Source: Scyliorhinus canicula (lineage: Eukaryota). From it: a stretch of 64,000 bases of DNA. Below are positions 13,090 to 25,799 of the stretch, in pieces (the first letter of the stretch is position 1; each line of letters starts with the position of its first letter). The position numbers and the translations under genes were made by a program. Below the pieces are notes generated by a model. It saw nothing but the letters and a program-made list of their open reading frames with translations. It did not search any database and was not told the origin of the DNA. Where the stretch lies: NCBI RefSeq assembly GCF_902713615.1, contig NC_052159.1, positions 152,022,651 through 152,086,650 on the forward strand. Direction: 5' to 3'.

Positions 13090-14745
13090 TCTCATCTCTA
13101 ACCTCCATTTCCTCCTCAAAGTCGTTGAACATGTTGTCATTTCCCAAACTCAAGTCCATCGATCCCAGACCTTCGTGTTTGCACCCTTCCAGTCTGGTTT
13201 CGAGAACTGGCCACGGCATGGAAACAGCCTTTATTTAAATGACGCATTTCATCTTATGTTCCCCTCCTCATTCTTCTCAATCGCTCTGCAGCCTCTCAAA
13301 CACATGACCACACTGTCCTTCTCCCAAGATTCCCCCGTTGTTATCCAGCTGTGTGTGGGACTGTTCTCACTTGTCTCCATTGCCATCCATTTAATCAAGA
13401 ATGACTTGCAATGGATTCTCTTCCAGCTTCCATATCGTACATCTGATGCCCCCCCGCCCACCAAGACCCAACCTTGACCCCCCCCCCCCTCCCACATTCC
13501 TCAGCTACAAGCTCCTCCTTGGTGACATCAACCAAACATTCTTGTGTTAGTTTGCACACCTGTGTTGATGACACCCAGCTCTACCTCACTACCACCCCTC
13601 ACAGTACCTCCACCTGTGTTAAATTATCATGTTGCTTATCCAACACTCAATACTGGATGAGCCGAAATTTAATCCAATTAAATATTGGGAAAACTGAAGC
13701 CATTATTTTCAATCCGCACACTCAAATGAAATGAAAATCGCTTATTGTCACGAGTAGGTTTCAATGAAGTTACTGTGAAAAGCCCCTAGTCGCCACATTC
13801 CGGCGCCTGTCCGGGGAGGCTGGTATGGGAATCGAACCGTGCTGCTGGCCTGCTTGGTCTGCTTTAAAAGCCAGTGATTCAGCCGAGTGAGCTAAACCAG
13901 CCACTGAACCCCATTCCCTAATTGCCAACACCATCCCTCTCCCTGGCAGCTCTGAGATTAAGCCAGTCTGTTTGCAATCTTGGCGTCACATTTGATCCTG
14001 AAATTATTTTCCAGTCTCTAGTTTATTCCATCACCCAGACTGTCTATTTCTACCTCCGTAACATTATCTAGCTTCACCCCTTCTCAGTCACTCTGTTGCT
14101 GAAACTCTGGTTCCTGTCGGTGTTACATTTATTTTATTGCACTTCTGGCTAGTTTCCCACATTCTACCTTCCATGTCTTACCTCACAGCAAGTCCTGGTC
14201 CTCCATCACCCATATGATCACTGGCCTGTCTTGACTGCCAGTCGAGCAATTTCTTGAATTTGAAATTCTCATTTGCATTTTGAAATTGCTCCATGGCCTT
14301 GCCCTCCCTGTCATAACCTTCTCCAGGCCCAAAACCCTCAGAGATCTCTGCACTCCCCTACTCCTGTTCTCTTGAACGTCACTAATTTGAGTCACTCCAC
14401 CATTGATGACCATTCGGTTTCCTAATCCTAATTCCAATTCTACACCTCTCTGCCCCCTACCTCGCTTTCCTCATTGGGGAAAAGGAACATAGGAACAGGA
14501 GTAGGCCATTCAGCCCCTCAAGTCTGTCCCGCCATTTAACGAGATCATGACTTATCTGTGTCCTGACTCCATATATCTGCCTTTGACCCACATCCCTTAA
14601 TATCTTTGCTTGAGATACTTATTAAAACCTACCTCTTTGAGAAAGGTTTTGGTCATCTGTCCTGATATCTTCTTACGTGGCTCAATGTTGTCCTCCCTTT
14701 TATAATGGTCATGTGAAGCCTCTCATGATGTTGAAGGGTTGATTT
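13090..14745 (+). mobile_element. Degraded L2-type LINE fragment (with nested SINE and CR1 tail)
   Basis: DDTQLY...WMSRNLIQLNIGKTEAIIF in ORF 13474-13734, typical of L2 RT. Confidence 0.8.
13723..13904 (-). mobile_element. Short tRNA SINE with GGCTTTTCACAGTAAC tail
   Basis: Head GGCTGGTTTAGCTCA and (CATTT)n end; same type at 61350-61523 and 11088-11193. Confidence 0.85.
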
Positions 14746-15596
14746 ATATACTTTCTGTTTCCAAAGTGTGGTCACACTTGAGCGAGATAATAATGGTCCA
14801 CGCCAGCTGTGTGCCTGATAATTTTAACTCGACAGGAAACATGGCAGGAAAATTTCCCTCCATTTCTCCAATTCTCTGAGCTAAGTAAGCCCACCTGCTG
14901 TTTTTTGGCTCTTACCTTCCGAGCTGTCAACCTCTTAAGACAAAATGGCCTCCTCCTTTTAAGTATGACAGACTCCAAGCTGCTTAGTTTGTATCAATTC
15001 CATTCACAAGAGGTAAAATTTAATCTTCCTAAAAATAACTACTGCCTCTTCAAAGTAACGCGAACCATAAGCTAGACGTTCTTCACATCTGTTTGAAGGT
15101 GGAACTTTAACATTTTTTTCCCTCTCTTTCGCCACAAGGTAGATATTGACCCCAGAACTTCATAAGGCATCAATCTTCTTTGACGCCTACAGATGTCTCT
15201 GCAATTCAATGCTACACGGGTTAGAGTAAGGGCGGGATTCCGTTCCGTCGGCGGAATCTTTCAGTTCCGCAGAAGGTGAGCCCCCTGGCGGGTTCCCCAG
15301 CGGCCCGATGGGCGAGCCCCACAAAGCGGCGTAGACATCGGCAGGATCGTAAGGTCCCAATGACAGCCAATGGTGAGGCATCCCCATTGCCGCAAAACTC
15401 ACCGTGCTGAGTGGGAGGGGACTGACCTAAGTCTTTGCCTCATTTACTGAAAACTTGCTCGCAATTACAATTATTAAAAAGCTTTGTGTGAAAGAGTGCA
15501 TTCGTGCACGGGTGGGTGGAACATAGGAACAGGAAGAGGCCAGTTGACCACCTCACTCCCACCCCCCCTAACCTAGTCCACTGAAATCATTGCTGA

Positions 15597-15876
15597 ATAA
15601 TAATAATCTTTATTAGTGTCACAAGTTGGCTTACATTAACACTGCAATGAAGTTACTGTGAAAATCCCCTAGTCGCCACATTCCGGCGCCTGTTCTGGTA
15701 CACCGAGGGAGAATTCAGGAAGTCCAAATACACCTAACAGCACGTCTTTCGGGCCTTGTGGGAGGAAACCGGAGCAGCCGGAAAAAACCCACGCAGACAT
15801 GGAGAACCTGCAGACTCACTCAAGCCGGGAATCACACCTGGGACCCTGGCGTTTGTGAAGCAACAGTGCTAACCAC
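15597..15876 (-). mobile_element. HE1-like tRNA SINE (TTCACAGTAAC tail)
   Basis: Core GGAGGAAACCGGAGC plus (ATT)n tail; nested in a CR1 fragment. Confidence 0.85.
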
Positions 15877-16224
15877 TCCCTTGATTAACAAAAATCTATC
15901 AACATCAGATTTAAACTTAACAATTGATCTGACATCAATTGTCATTTCAGGTCCTAGATGCTCGAACCAGCAAGAATAGTTTCTCTCTTTCTATACTATC
16001 TGTTCTCCTTAATAATTTGAAACCACTCCCCCTTAGCCTGCCAAATTGTTTAATTTTTTAGTTTGTGTGATTGATCCTCGTAATTTAACCCTTGAAGTCG
16101 ACGGATCGTTCTGGTGAATCCAAACTGCCCTCCCTCCAGGACTAATATGTCCTCCTGAAGGTGCGTTGTCCACAACTGCTCACAGTAACTCCAGGTGTTA
16201 CCGAACCAGAGCTTTGAATAATCG

Positions 16225-16357
16225 AATGAGGAATTCACCTGAGGAAGGAGCAGTGCTCTGAAAACTAGTGATTCGAAACAAACCTGTTGGACTTTAACCT
16301 GGTTTTGTAAGGCTTCTGACTGTGCTCACCCCTGTCCAACGCCGGCATCGCCACATC
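16225..16357 (+). mobile_element. Penelope-like element terminal fragment with minimal hammerhead-like motif
   Basis: CAC-CTGAGGA-A-GGAGC(AGT)GCTCT-GAAA-ACTA-GTG followed by AAACCTGTTGGAC...GTCCAAC. Confidence 0.6.
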
Positions 16358-16456
16358 TTGAATAATGGAGATTTGGCATATATACCATCTTGTATTCTGT
16401 TTGGCTGATATAGAAAGCAGTAGTCCACGAGCCTTTCTGATTATCTTCTATACCAT

Positions 16457-16684
16457 TGTGGTGAACCACTGCGTACACCTGTATTAGGGGATGTAAGGTA
16501 GGACCTGTACTACAGGTTCGCCGGTAGCCCCTGCCGGCTGGTTCCGCCCACTAGGAGCTGTATAAATATGCGTGTCCTCCATTGATCTGCCATTTCGCCA
16601 GCTGCAGTAGGAGGCCACGCATCTGACTGCAATAAAGCCACAGTTGTACCCAACCTGAGTCTTTGTGCAATTGATCGCGCATCA
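16457..16684 (+). mobile_element. Solo LTR
   Basis: TG...CA; perfect TSD ACCAT; TATAAA at 16561; AATAAA at 16631. Confidence 0.88.
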
Positions 16685-17014
16685 ACCATTTCATGAGTGG
16701 GAAAGGATCTGTATCCATTATCAAGGTCAGAAGATTGGATATTCAATTCCGAGTATAATTGCTGCATAAAAGCAGAAAATTCTGGGAGACAACCCCCCCC
16801 CCCCCCTCCCAAAAGCTGGTCTGCAGCATCTGTGGAGTGAGAGAGAAAGAGTTAATGGGCAGAATTTTCCAAATCTTCTCGCTGGGGTGATATCTTCCTG
16901 CCCCACCGAAGTCAGCCCCACACCCCCCGTGGCAGGCTCCCCGGCGGCGGGTTGGTCATTGACTTCGACGGAGCCGGAAGATCCCACCAGCCTTCGCCAC
17001 CGGAAAACCTGCAG

Positions 17015-17150
17015 TGGAGGGGTGGTGGGGGGACGGGGGGGGGGGGGGTACGGGGGGGGGGGGGGGGAGGGGGGGGACGGGGGGGGGGGGAGGGGGGGAC
17101 GGTGGGGGCGGTGGGGGGGGAGGGGGGGACGGGGGGGGGCGGGGGGGGGG
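17015..17150 (+). repeat. G-run low-complexity tract
   Basis: About 135 bp of G runs separated by 1-3 nt spacers (A, AC, T, C). Confidence 0.9.
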
Positions 17151-17544
17151 ACCTAAGATCCCAGCTCAGGTCTCAAGTCCCTCTGACTATTCTTCAGAGC
17201 GCTATTCATTTCTTCCTTTGTCAGCATTTGGCTGTCCGACATATTTGCTGTGTCATAACTTTTATGGGCAAATCAGTTGATGGAAAGTTGACACAAAAAA
17301 AAACATGCATGAATTTTCACAAACTGTTCAGGACTTTGGAAGTGGGGACAATTTGGAATTCGAAAATAACTAAATCGAAAAAAAGCTTAAAAATGTTAAA
17401 ATGCTGTAAGAATGAGTGCGAGTTTCGTGCAGAAATCAATGTGTTTGCTCTGAACCAACATCATTCGTATTGACTTTCTGATTCTGCAAAATATCAATTT
17501 TTTTTTGCTGGCATATTCCTTCAGGTAGAACTGGTATGTCAGTT

Positions 17545-17776
17545 ATTTTTATTATTTTTTTTAAAATTTAGAGTATCCAATTCATTTTTCCAATTGGGGG
17601 CAATTTAGTGTGGCCAATCCACCTACCCTGCACATCTTTGTTTGTGGGGGCAAAACCCACGCAAACACGGGGAGAATGTGCAAACTCCACACGGACAGTG
17701 ACCCAGAGGCGGGATCGAACCTGGGACCTCAGCGCCGTAAGGCTGCAGTGCTACCCACTGCGCCACCGTGCTGCCC
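17545..17776 (-). mobile_element. HE1-like tRNA SINE
   Basis: Reverse of GGGCAGCACGGTGGCGCAGTGG head and core. Confidence 0.88.
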
Positions 17777-18470
17777 TGCTTTGTCAATTATAAGGCATTG
17801 CTGTTCTGGCTGCTAAGCCACTAATAGATCTTTGTAATGGTGACGCTTTGAAGAATTGACCGTTGGTAAATAGAAATATTTCTTTTTTTTTAACCCCATT
17901 TTTGCCACCTGGAAATCAAGCCTTTCAGTGCCTGTTTAAACACAAGGAACAAGACTCACAGCAGTTACAATGCAGAAAGAGTTCATTCAGCCCATCGAAT
18001 CTGCACTGGCTCTTGGAAAGAGCACCCTACCTAAGCCCACACCTCCGCCTTATCCCCATAACCCCAAAACCCCACCTAACCAATAACACTACTGCACTTT
18101 TCCTCGTATTTATAAAGGTTGGTGGATGGGGTCAGTAAATACATAGTTGATGTAGTTTCTATGGATTTCAGCAAAGCCTTTGACAAGGCTCCACAGGGAA
18201 GATGGATATAAAAGGTAAAAGCACATGGGATCCAGGACAACCTGGTAAGTTGGATCCAAAAGTGGTGTAGTGGGAGGAGACAGAGGGTGGTGGTAGAAGG
18301 CTGTCTGTGTGACTGGAGGAGAGTGTCCAGTGAAGACCACAGGAATTAATGTCAGGTCCCTTGTTGTTCGTGATAAATAGAAACAATATAGAAGAAAATG
18401 TTGAAATGTTGGGGCGGGGGGGGGGGGGGGGGGGGGGGGCGGGAATGATAAGTAACTTTGTGGATGGCAG

Positions 18471-18662
18471 GGGGGGCCATGGTGGCGCAGTGGTTAGCGC
18501 TGCTGCCTCAGGGCACTGAGGACCCGGGTTCGATCCGGGTCACTGCCCGGGTGGAGTTTGCACATTCTCCCCGTGCCTGCGTGGGTTTCGCCCCCACAAC
18601 ACAAAGATGTGCAGGGTAGGTGGATTGGCCACGCGAAATTGCCCCTGAATTGGAAAAAAAAA
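18471..18662 (+). mobile_element. HE1-like tRNA SINE
   Basis: A box TGGCGCAGTGG, B box GGTTCGATCC, and core. Confidence 0.88.
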
Positions 18663-19179
18663 GAATCGATTACTCTGACGTTTATAATGGCACGAAGATT
18701 GGCAGGGTGGTTAATGGTGAGGAAGAAGGTCTTGGGTTGCAGGAAGATGTAGAAAATAAACAAAAGTCATCGTAGCCCCAGAGGACTATAGGCTGCTTTC
18801 CCCTTTGAAGGAGAGAGATGACTGGTGGTGATTTAAGCGGAGGGTCACCACACCTAAGATATGGGACAAGGCCAGGGAGGCAGGGCTTTCATGGTAGCCT
18901 GATCCGGCAATGGAATTGAACCCCCATCACGAGCCGGCTGTCCAAGCTAGCCGGTTTCCCGAGAAAGATTATGGATGGGTTGGTCTGATGGACAGATCAG
19001 TGTCAGATGGAATTTAACCCTGAAAAATGTGAGGTCATGCACTTTGGAAGGAGTAAGAAGAGAAGAGAGTACTCAATAAATGTGAGATCATTTAGGAAGC
19101 ACAGAGGAACAGACAAATCTTGGGCTGCTGGCCTAGATCCCTGAAGGTAGCAGGGTAGTTTAATAGGTTAATTAACAGG

Positions 19180-19598
19180 GTGCGCAATTCTCTGACCCCC
19201 ACGCCGGGTGGGAGAATCGTGGGAGTGCCGGGCGATTCACGCCACGCTGCCCTGGCACCCGCACGCGATTCTCCCACCCCCCCTCAAAACGGTGTGTCGC
19301 GTTTTGCGACAGGCCGCTCGGAGAATCGCCGCTCCGGTCGAGCGCCGATTCTCCGGTCCGGATGGGCCGAGCGGCCTGCCGAATCCGACCGGTTCACGCC
19401 CGCGCCAACCACACCTGGTCGCTGCTGGCGTGAACAGCGCGCGAGCGCTGCGTGTGGGCGCGAGATTGATGCGCCGCCGCTCCGAGCCCCCGGGGTTGGG
19501 AAAATAGGGGGCGAGGAGCGGCCTCCGACGCCGGAGGGAAACACTCCGGTTTTCACTCCGGTGTCGGCACATTGTCTCCCTTTGGGAGAATCGCGCCT
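19180..19598. mobile_element. GC-rich Harbinger-like MITE, internally deleted relative of 54784-55472
   Basis: TIRs; TSD AGG/AGG; interrupts a CR1 fragment. Confidence 0.85.
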
Positions 19599-20489
19599 AG
19601 GATACTTGCCTTTATCAGTCGTGGCACAGATTTCAAGAGCAGAGAGGTTATGCTGGAGCTGTATAAGGATGGCAGATTTCCTTCCCTAAAGGACATCAGT
19701 GTACCAGATGGGTTTTAATGACAATAGTTTCATGGTCATCATTACACTTTCAATTCCGGAATTTTATTGAATTTAAATTTCTCCATCTGCAGTGGTGGGA
19801 TTTGAACCTGGGTCCCCAGAGCATGATCCTGGGTGCCCTGGTTTACTAGCCCAGTGACAATACCACTAAGCCACTTCCTCCCCTCATGTTGCCCGAGGTG
19901 GAGCATTTGAGCGATGAAGAGAGACTGGATAGACTTGGGTTGTTTTCCTTCCAGCTGAGCAGCTCGAAGTGGGACTTGAGTGAGGTGTATGAAGGGTATA
20001 AAGAGGGTGGATAGGAAGCAGCTATTTCCCTTCGTTGAAGGGTCCATAACGAGGGGGGCATAATTTTGAGGTGATGGACAGGAAGTTTTGAGGGGATTTG
20101 AGGAAAATATTTTTCACCCAGCGGGCGGTGGTAGTCTGGAATGCCCTGCCTGGGAGGGTGGTAGAGGTGAAATCCTCACAGCCTTAAAAAAATAGGTGGA
20201 TGAACAGTTGAAATGTCATAAAAATGAAGACAATGAGCCAATTGCTGGAAAGTAGAATTAATATCGATGTCGTGTAGTTTTGTTGGTGCAGACTCGATGG
20301 GCTTGTTCTGAATTATATGACTCTTGGGATTCTCTGGCCATTAAGGCCAAGGAGATTCTCCCGTCCCGCTGGAGTGAATGGGAAATGTTGCTGAGTACCA
20401 AGTTCTTCGTCCTCACTAGCAGCAATAATGGGGCTGACAGAGACTCCCAGTCTTTGACTCTAGGATAGGGCTGAAAATGTAGGCATTAT

Positions 20490-20816
20490 GGCAGCATGGT
20501 AGCACAGTGGTTAGCACAGTTGCTTCACAGCTCCAGGGTCCCAGGTTCAATTCCCGGCATAGGTCACTGTCTGTGCGGAGTCTGCATGTGTTTCCTCCGG
20601 GTGCTCCGGTTTCCTCCCACAGTCCAAAGATGTGCGGGTTCCGTGGATTGGCCATGCTAAATTGCCCTTAGTGTCCAAAAAGGTTAAGTGGGGATTATTG
20701 AGTTACGGGGATAGGGTAGAGATGTGGGCTTGAGTAGGGTGCTCTTTGTAACGGCAGGTGCAGACCCGATGGGCCGAATGGCCTTCTTCTGCACTGTAAA
20801 TTCTATGATTCTATGA
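20490..20816 (+). mobile_element. HE1-like tRNA SINE with CR1-type tail
   Basis: Head, core, then GATGGGCCGAATGGCC...(ATTCTATG)n. Confidence 0.9.
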
Positions 20817-22550
20817 ATAGTGAATTATTTCAAATCTGTCATTCAAACCACCGAGAAGGGAGAGTTAATAGAGGCGTTCTAAATCATGGAAGATTCCGTC
20901 GGAGTAAAGGGAGAACTGTCAGGGACAGAGGATTAAGATAATTGACCAAAAAAAAGCCAAAGGGAAGAAAAGTCAGTAAAAGATTCCCATAAGTCACAAT
21001 GATTCGGTGTGTTTTGCCTGAAGCACATCATGGAACTACTTTCAAAAGGGAACTGGATAAATATTTGAAGAAGAGAAAACTGCAGGGCTGTGGGGAAAGA
21101 GCAGGGAAGTGGACATAATTCTATAACTCTTTCAAAGAGCTGGCACACATTCGATGGATTGAATAACCTCTTTCTATACTGTACGATTCTATAACTATCA
21201 TACATTTGAATTCCTCTATCTGTTTGAGGTGCCCAGACTGCAGAAGGCTCCCCAATTTTGAGGAATGAAGTTCATCTTCTGTAGACCAAGCAAATTTCTT
21301 GATATTTTTAAAGATGTTGATGGCCAAATCAGTGGGTTAGTCTTATGTGGCCGATAGTTCATTAGCATGCACCAATATGGATGTCTGAGACGCCCTTCCA
21401 TCGCTTGCCAAGCATTCTGCGGATGGGGATTGGTGAGGTCTAACATGCACCTCACCTGAGGTGAGCTTCGGTTATCATCCCGTTGTCTAGAAACACTGAT
21501 TCTGGGAATGGGAGTGGGGGATGAATTTGATGGTTCTTTCAAAAGGACTGCACCGGCACAATTGGGCTTGAATGGCCTGCTTAATTGTGGTATGATTCTA
21601 AAATATACAAACGATTAACTGCATCGATCTGCTGATAATTGTTCAGTCCACACAACCCTTTGACAAATGATATGCTCGTGGTATCTTTTAACGGTACAAA
21701 TAAAAATTTCTCAAATCATTCCCCCAATGATCGATTGAAAGAGTGGGTTAGTTTGAAATCTGTATGAAAACCTTCACAGAAATCCGTGCATTTGTCACCT
21801 AATTTCAGAACATTGCAATATTGGAAAGGGCAGTCTGGGGGGAATAATTTTCCTAATATGGCTCTGGATTGATTTAATTTTTGCTGACTGTTCCAGCGCC
21901 AAATTAATGCACCAACTTGTCACTCCACTGCCAGGTCCAGTTATTGGCAGATAAACAAGCAATTATTTCCTTTCACAATGCTTTACGAAAGCGGTAGGAA
22001 TGGAATGGAATAAATATAACTGCGGCAAGCTGCAAATCCTTCACGTTGCTCTTGTTACATTCTGCCAACGCTCTGGTGTTGATGGTCCAATTTATTTCAA
22101 TGACACTGAGGAAAATGCAGGTGAAAAGAAAAAAGTGCGTGAAGACGCAGGCACAATGCTCTCCAAGAACGATACAGTAAAACATTTTTCTTTTTTTTTC
22201 TTTTACACCTATCTATGAACCCCCTGCTTTTCATTATCACACTTGTCATTCTTTTCCCAATCCAGTTCCAGCTCTGAAAATAAGTGTGACGAGCCAAATA
22301 AGCAACTAGCTACGAATTTATAATTCAGGAGATAACTCAGTCACCTTCAATGGGAAACTTGACCATTGTTGCTCTGAAACTCGCCATTGGAGCTGAAGTC
22401 CATTGGAAGAGCACAATAAATGAAGACATTTTCCACAATCTAACTTCCTGTACGATGAAGCGTCTCCTAAAGGATTGCAATCACGCAGCCTGTTTCGTGG
22501 CCACAGGGCTTCGCAGCCTTGAAATACTTTTAAAATCCAGTCCCTGCTGC

Positions 22551-22862
22551 AACGGCACGGTAGCACAGTGGTTAGCACTGTTGCTTCAGAGCGCCAGGGT
22601 CCCAGGTTCGATTAACAGCTTGGGTCTCTCTCTGTGCGGAGTCTGCATGTTCTCCCCGTGTCTGCGTGGGTTTCCTCCGGGTGCTCCGGTTTCCTCCCAC
22701 AAATCCCGAAAGACGCGTTTGTCAGGTGAATTGGACATTCTGAATCCTCCTCAGTGTACCCAAACAGGCGCCGGAGTGTGGCGACTAAGGGCTTTTCACA
22801 GTAACTTCATTGTGGTGTTAATGTAAGCCTACTTGGGCCACTAATAAAGATTAGATTATTAG
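22551..22862 (+). mobile_element. HE1-like tRNA SINE (TTCACAGTAAC tail)
   Basis: Head, core and the alternative tail ending AATAAAGATTA. Confidence 0.9.
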
Positions 22863-22943
22863 ATGTAGGCAAACCCGACAGTCACTGCAAGCTCCTACAA
22901 TCAGCATTGTGATTATGAGCCGACAATCTGCTTTTGCTGTGTT

Positions 22944-23284
22944 AGAACAGAGGATTTACAGTGCAGAAGGCGGCCATTCGGCCCATCGAGTCTGCATTGG
23001 ACCTTGGAAAGAGCACCCCATTTAAGTCCACACCTCCGACCTCTCCCCGTAACCCAGTAACCCTACGTAACCTTTTGTGGACACTAAGGGCAATTTAACA
23101 TGGCCAATCCACCTAACTTGCACATCTTTGGACTGTGGGAGGAAACCGGAGCACCCGTAGGAAACCCACGCACACACGGGGAGAACATGCAGACTCCACA
23201 CAGACAGCCACCCAAGCCGGGAATGGAACCTGGGACCCTGGAGCTCTGAAGCAACAGTGCTAACCACCGTGCTACCATACTGCC
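22944..23284 (-). mobile_element. HE1-like tRNA SINE with CR1-type tail
   Basis: Reverse complement of the 20490 type. Confidence 0.9.
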
Positions 23285-23341
23285 CCGTTTGAGAAATAAC
23301 TCTTGGCCAGGACACCCCCTGCTCTTGCTCAAAAATAATTT

Positions 23342-24230
23342 GAACATATGAATTAGGAGCAGGAGGAGGCCACATAACCCCTCGAGCCTGCTTTACCGTT
23401 CATGGCTCATCCGATTGCACCTACAAACCCCATATTCCTGCCTAGCCCAGATGACCCTTCACCCTCTTGCTTAGCAAGAATTTACTGCTTCTGCCTTAAA
23501 AGGCTCCAAAGACTCTGCTTTGGCCGCCATTTGAGGAAGAAACTCCCGGAGACTCACCCACCCTCTGAAAAAAAACATTGTTCCTCAGTTCTGTCTTAAA
23601 TGGGTGGTCACTTGTATTTTTAAACAGTGACCACGAGCTCTATATTCTCCCACAAGAGGAAACATCCTTTCCACATCCACCCTGTCAAGAACTCCTCTCA
23701 GGATCTTATATGTTCCCAGAAATGTTCTCTTATTCATCTAAACTCCAGAGGATACAAGCCTAGCCTGTCCAACATTTCTTCACAACACAAACCAGCTATT
23801 GTAGGTGTTAATTTGGTAAACCTCCTCGGACTGCTTCCAATGCACTTACATCCTTCCTTAAATAAGTAGACCAATACTGCACACAGTACTTCAGACGTGC
23901 TCTCATCAGTTTCATTAAAAACACAACCTCCCAACTTTTCCATTCCACTATCCTTGTAATAAACAAAATATTCCATTAATTTTTCTAATTCTTGACACCA
24001 AGATCCCTCTGCATTTCAATGCCCAGCAATCTCTCAACATTTTGAAAATGTGCTTCTTTCCTATTCTTCTTGTCAAGATGGACAATTTTGCATTATCCTC
24101 TCTTTGCCTGATCTTTGCCCGCTCGCGTGGCCTATTAACATCCAGTTGTGGCCTCATTGTGTCCTCTTCCGGGCCTATCTTTGTGCCATCAGCAAATGTA
24201 TCAATGTGCCTTCTGCTCCTACATGCAAGT
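23342..24230 (-). mobile_element. CR1 LINE 3' fragment
   Basis: RRFTKL.P...EMLDRLGLYPLEFR on the minus strand. Confidence 0.75.
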
Positions 24231-25799
24231 CATCCGATGATACCATGGGATCCTTTGCATCCATCTGAGTAGGCAGATAGCACCTCAGTTTGATGTTTCA
24301 TTGGGAAGATGTTGCCTTCTGCACTGCAGTACCCCTCAGTACCGCAGTGGAGTGACAGCCCTGCTCAAGACCTGGAGTGTGAATTAAATCAGGAACGTAA
24401 AGGATCAGCGGTGAGAGTATGGCCAACTGAGGCATGGCTGGCATACAGGTGTGAGAAAATGAAGAAGCACAGGAAAGAAGAAGAAAGAAACAGCAGATAT
24501 AGAAGACAGGATGACGCAAAGCAGCCAATGAAGCATTATTGAAGTGTAATGACTCTTGTAAGGTCGGAACTTCAGCTGCCAATTGGGTCACAACAGACTT
24601 CACAAACAATAATGAAGTGCCATTAACCCCATTATCTGCTTTTCTAATGTGTCTTGAACGATAAATGTTGGTCATGATAGTTAAAAATAACTCCCCTATC
24701 TTCCTCTGAACTTTGACTGTTTAAGTATCTTTTTATATATCAGGGAATGCTGGGACATTGTGTTGGTTTGTCGATAAGAGGCAGAGGTATCTAATGCTGC
24801 ATCCTGTAAATAAACTTGCCATCATGAAAAGGATTTGTGTCTAGATTCACACTTGACCATTTGGCATGGGATCCGTTTAACGGCCATCCTGTATTGTTTG
24901 GTTGTGGGAAGGAGGGAGGGAGAGCTTTCAGCGGGTGACCCATTCCCGATGCTGGGTTCCTCAATCACTGACTGACAACAAGGAACCCCCACACTGCCCC
25001 GTGCTGGGAGCTCACAAGCAAACCCGACAGGACTTTGTTCTTCAGGCGCCTTGGTGGCCAGTTCCCTGCTTGGTATTTGAATAACATGCGTGGGCTGTGG
25101 ACCTTCCTTCAGTAGGCATTAAAAGAAGTGTGGTAGTATGACTAGGGGTATTCCGGTACCTGAGAGTGTGAGCTGCTATTGGTGTAGAAGGCTCGCTGCC
25201 CATTGGCCCAAGTGTTGTCTTCTCATTGATCGGGAGGAAGGTAGCTCCGCCTACCAAGCTCCTCTCACCAAGGTCCGATGCTCCAGGTTAAACGATTTTA
25301 CAACAGTTTTGTCAAAGGTTGTCAATGCTTTGACGTTCTGTGAACACACTGCCTATTTTATTGTCTTATCTGGTCACTGAAAGCAACAATATACTTATTT
25401 ATTTGGCTCTATTATGTCCTTCATGTCAAGAAGCAATTCCAATTCTTCCTGTCACCTTCAAAGGTTGGTGGAAATAATTAGTGGGGAAGAGCTGATTGCT
25501 AATACGGCCTTAGGAAATAATCTTTCTATCATCCAATTCACCACTGTGTTAAATAAATCACCTTTCTGGTTGATCTTTCTCTTTTTAGTACGCTGTGCAA
25601 ATGGATAACTAATGAAAAATTAATTTTTTACAGTTGATCAGGAAACTAATTCTACCTTGTTAAGATGTTACTGAGACAGGTTCGAAGTCAAGTAGAAGAG
25701 TTGACATTATGGAGAGGTTGAGACAGACCCATAGCGCTCAGAATCACCAAATTGTTACAGTGCACAAGGAGGCCACTTGGCCCATTGTGTCTACACCAG

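Larger units (their letters stand above)
18120..20325 (+). mobile_element. CR1 LINE fragment interrupted by two SINEs and a MITE
   Basis: ATGGATTTCAGCAAAGCCTTTGACAAG (DFSKAFDK) through to the CR1 3' end. Confidence 0.85.

Noticed and set aside
18471-18545. tRNA-like A/B boxes, here and at other SINE heads
   Set aside because: They are SINE heads continuing into the SINE core and tail, with no complete cloverleaf or terminator.
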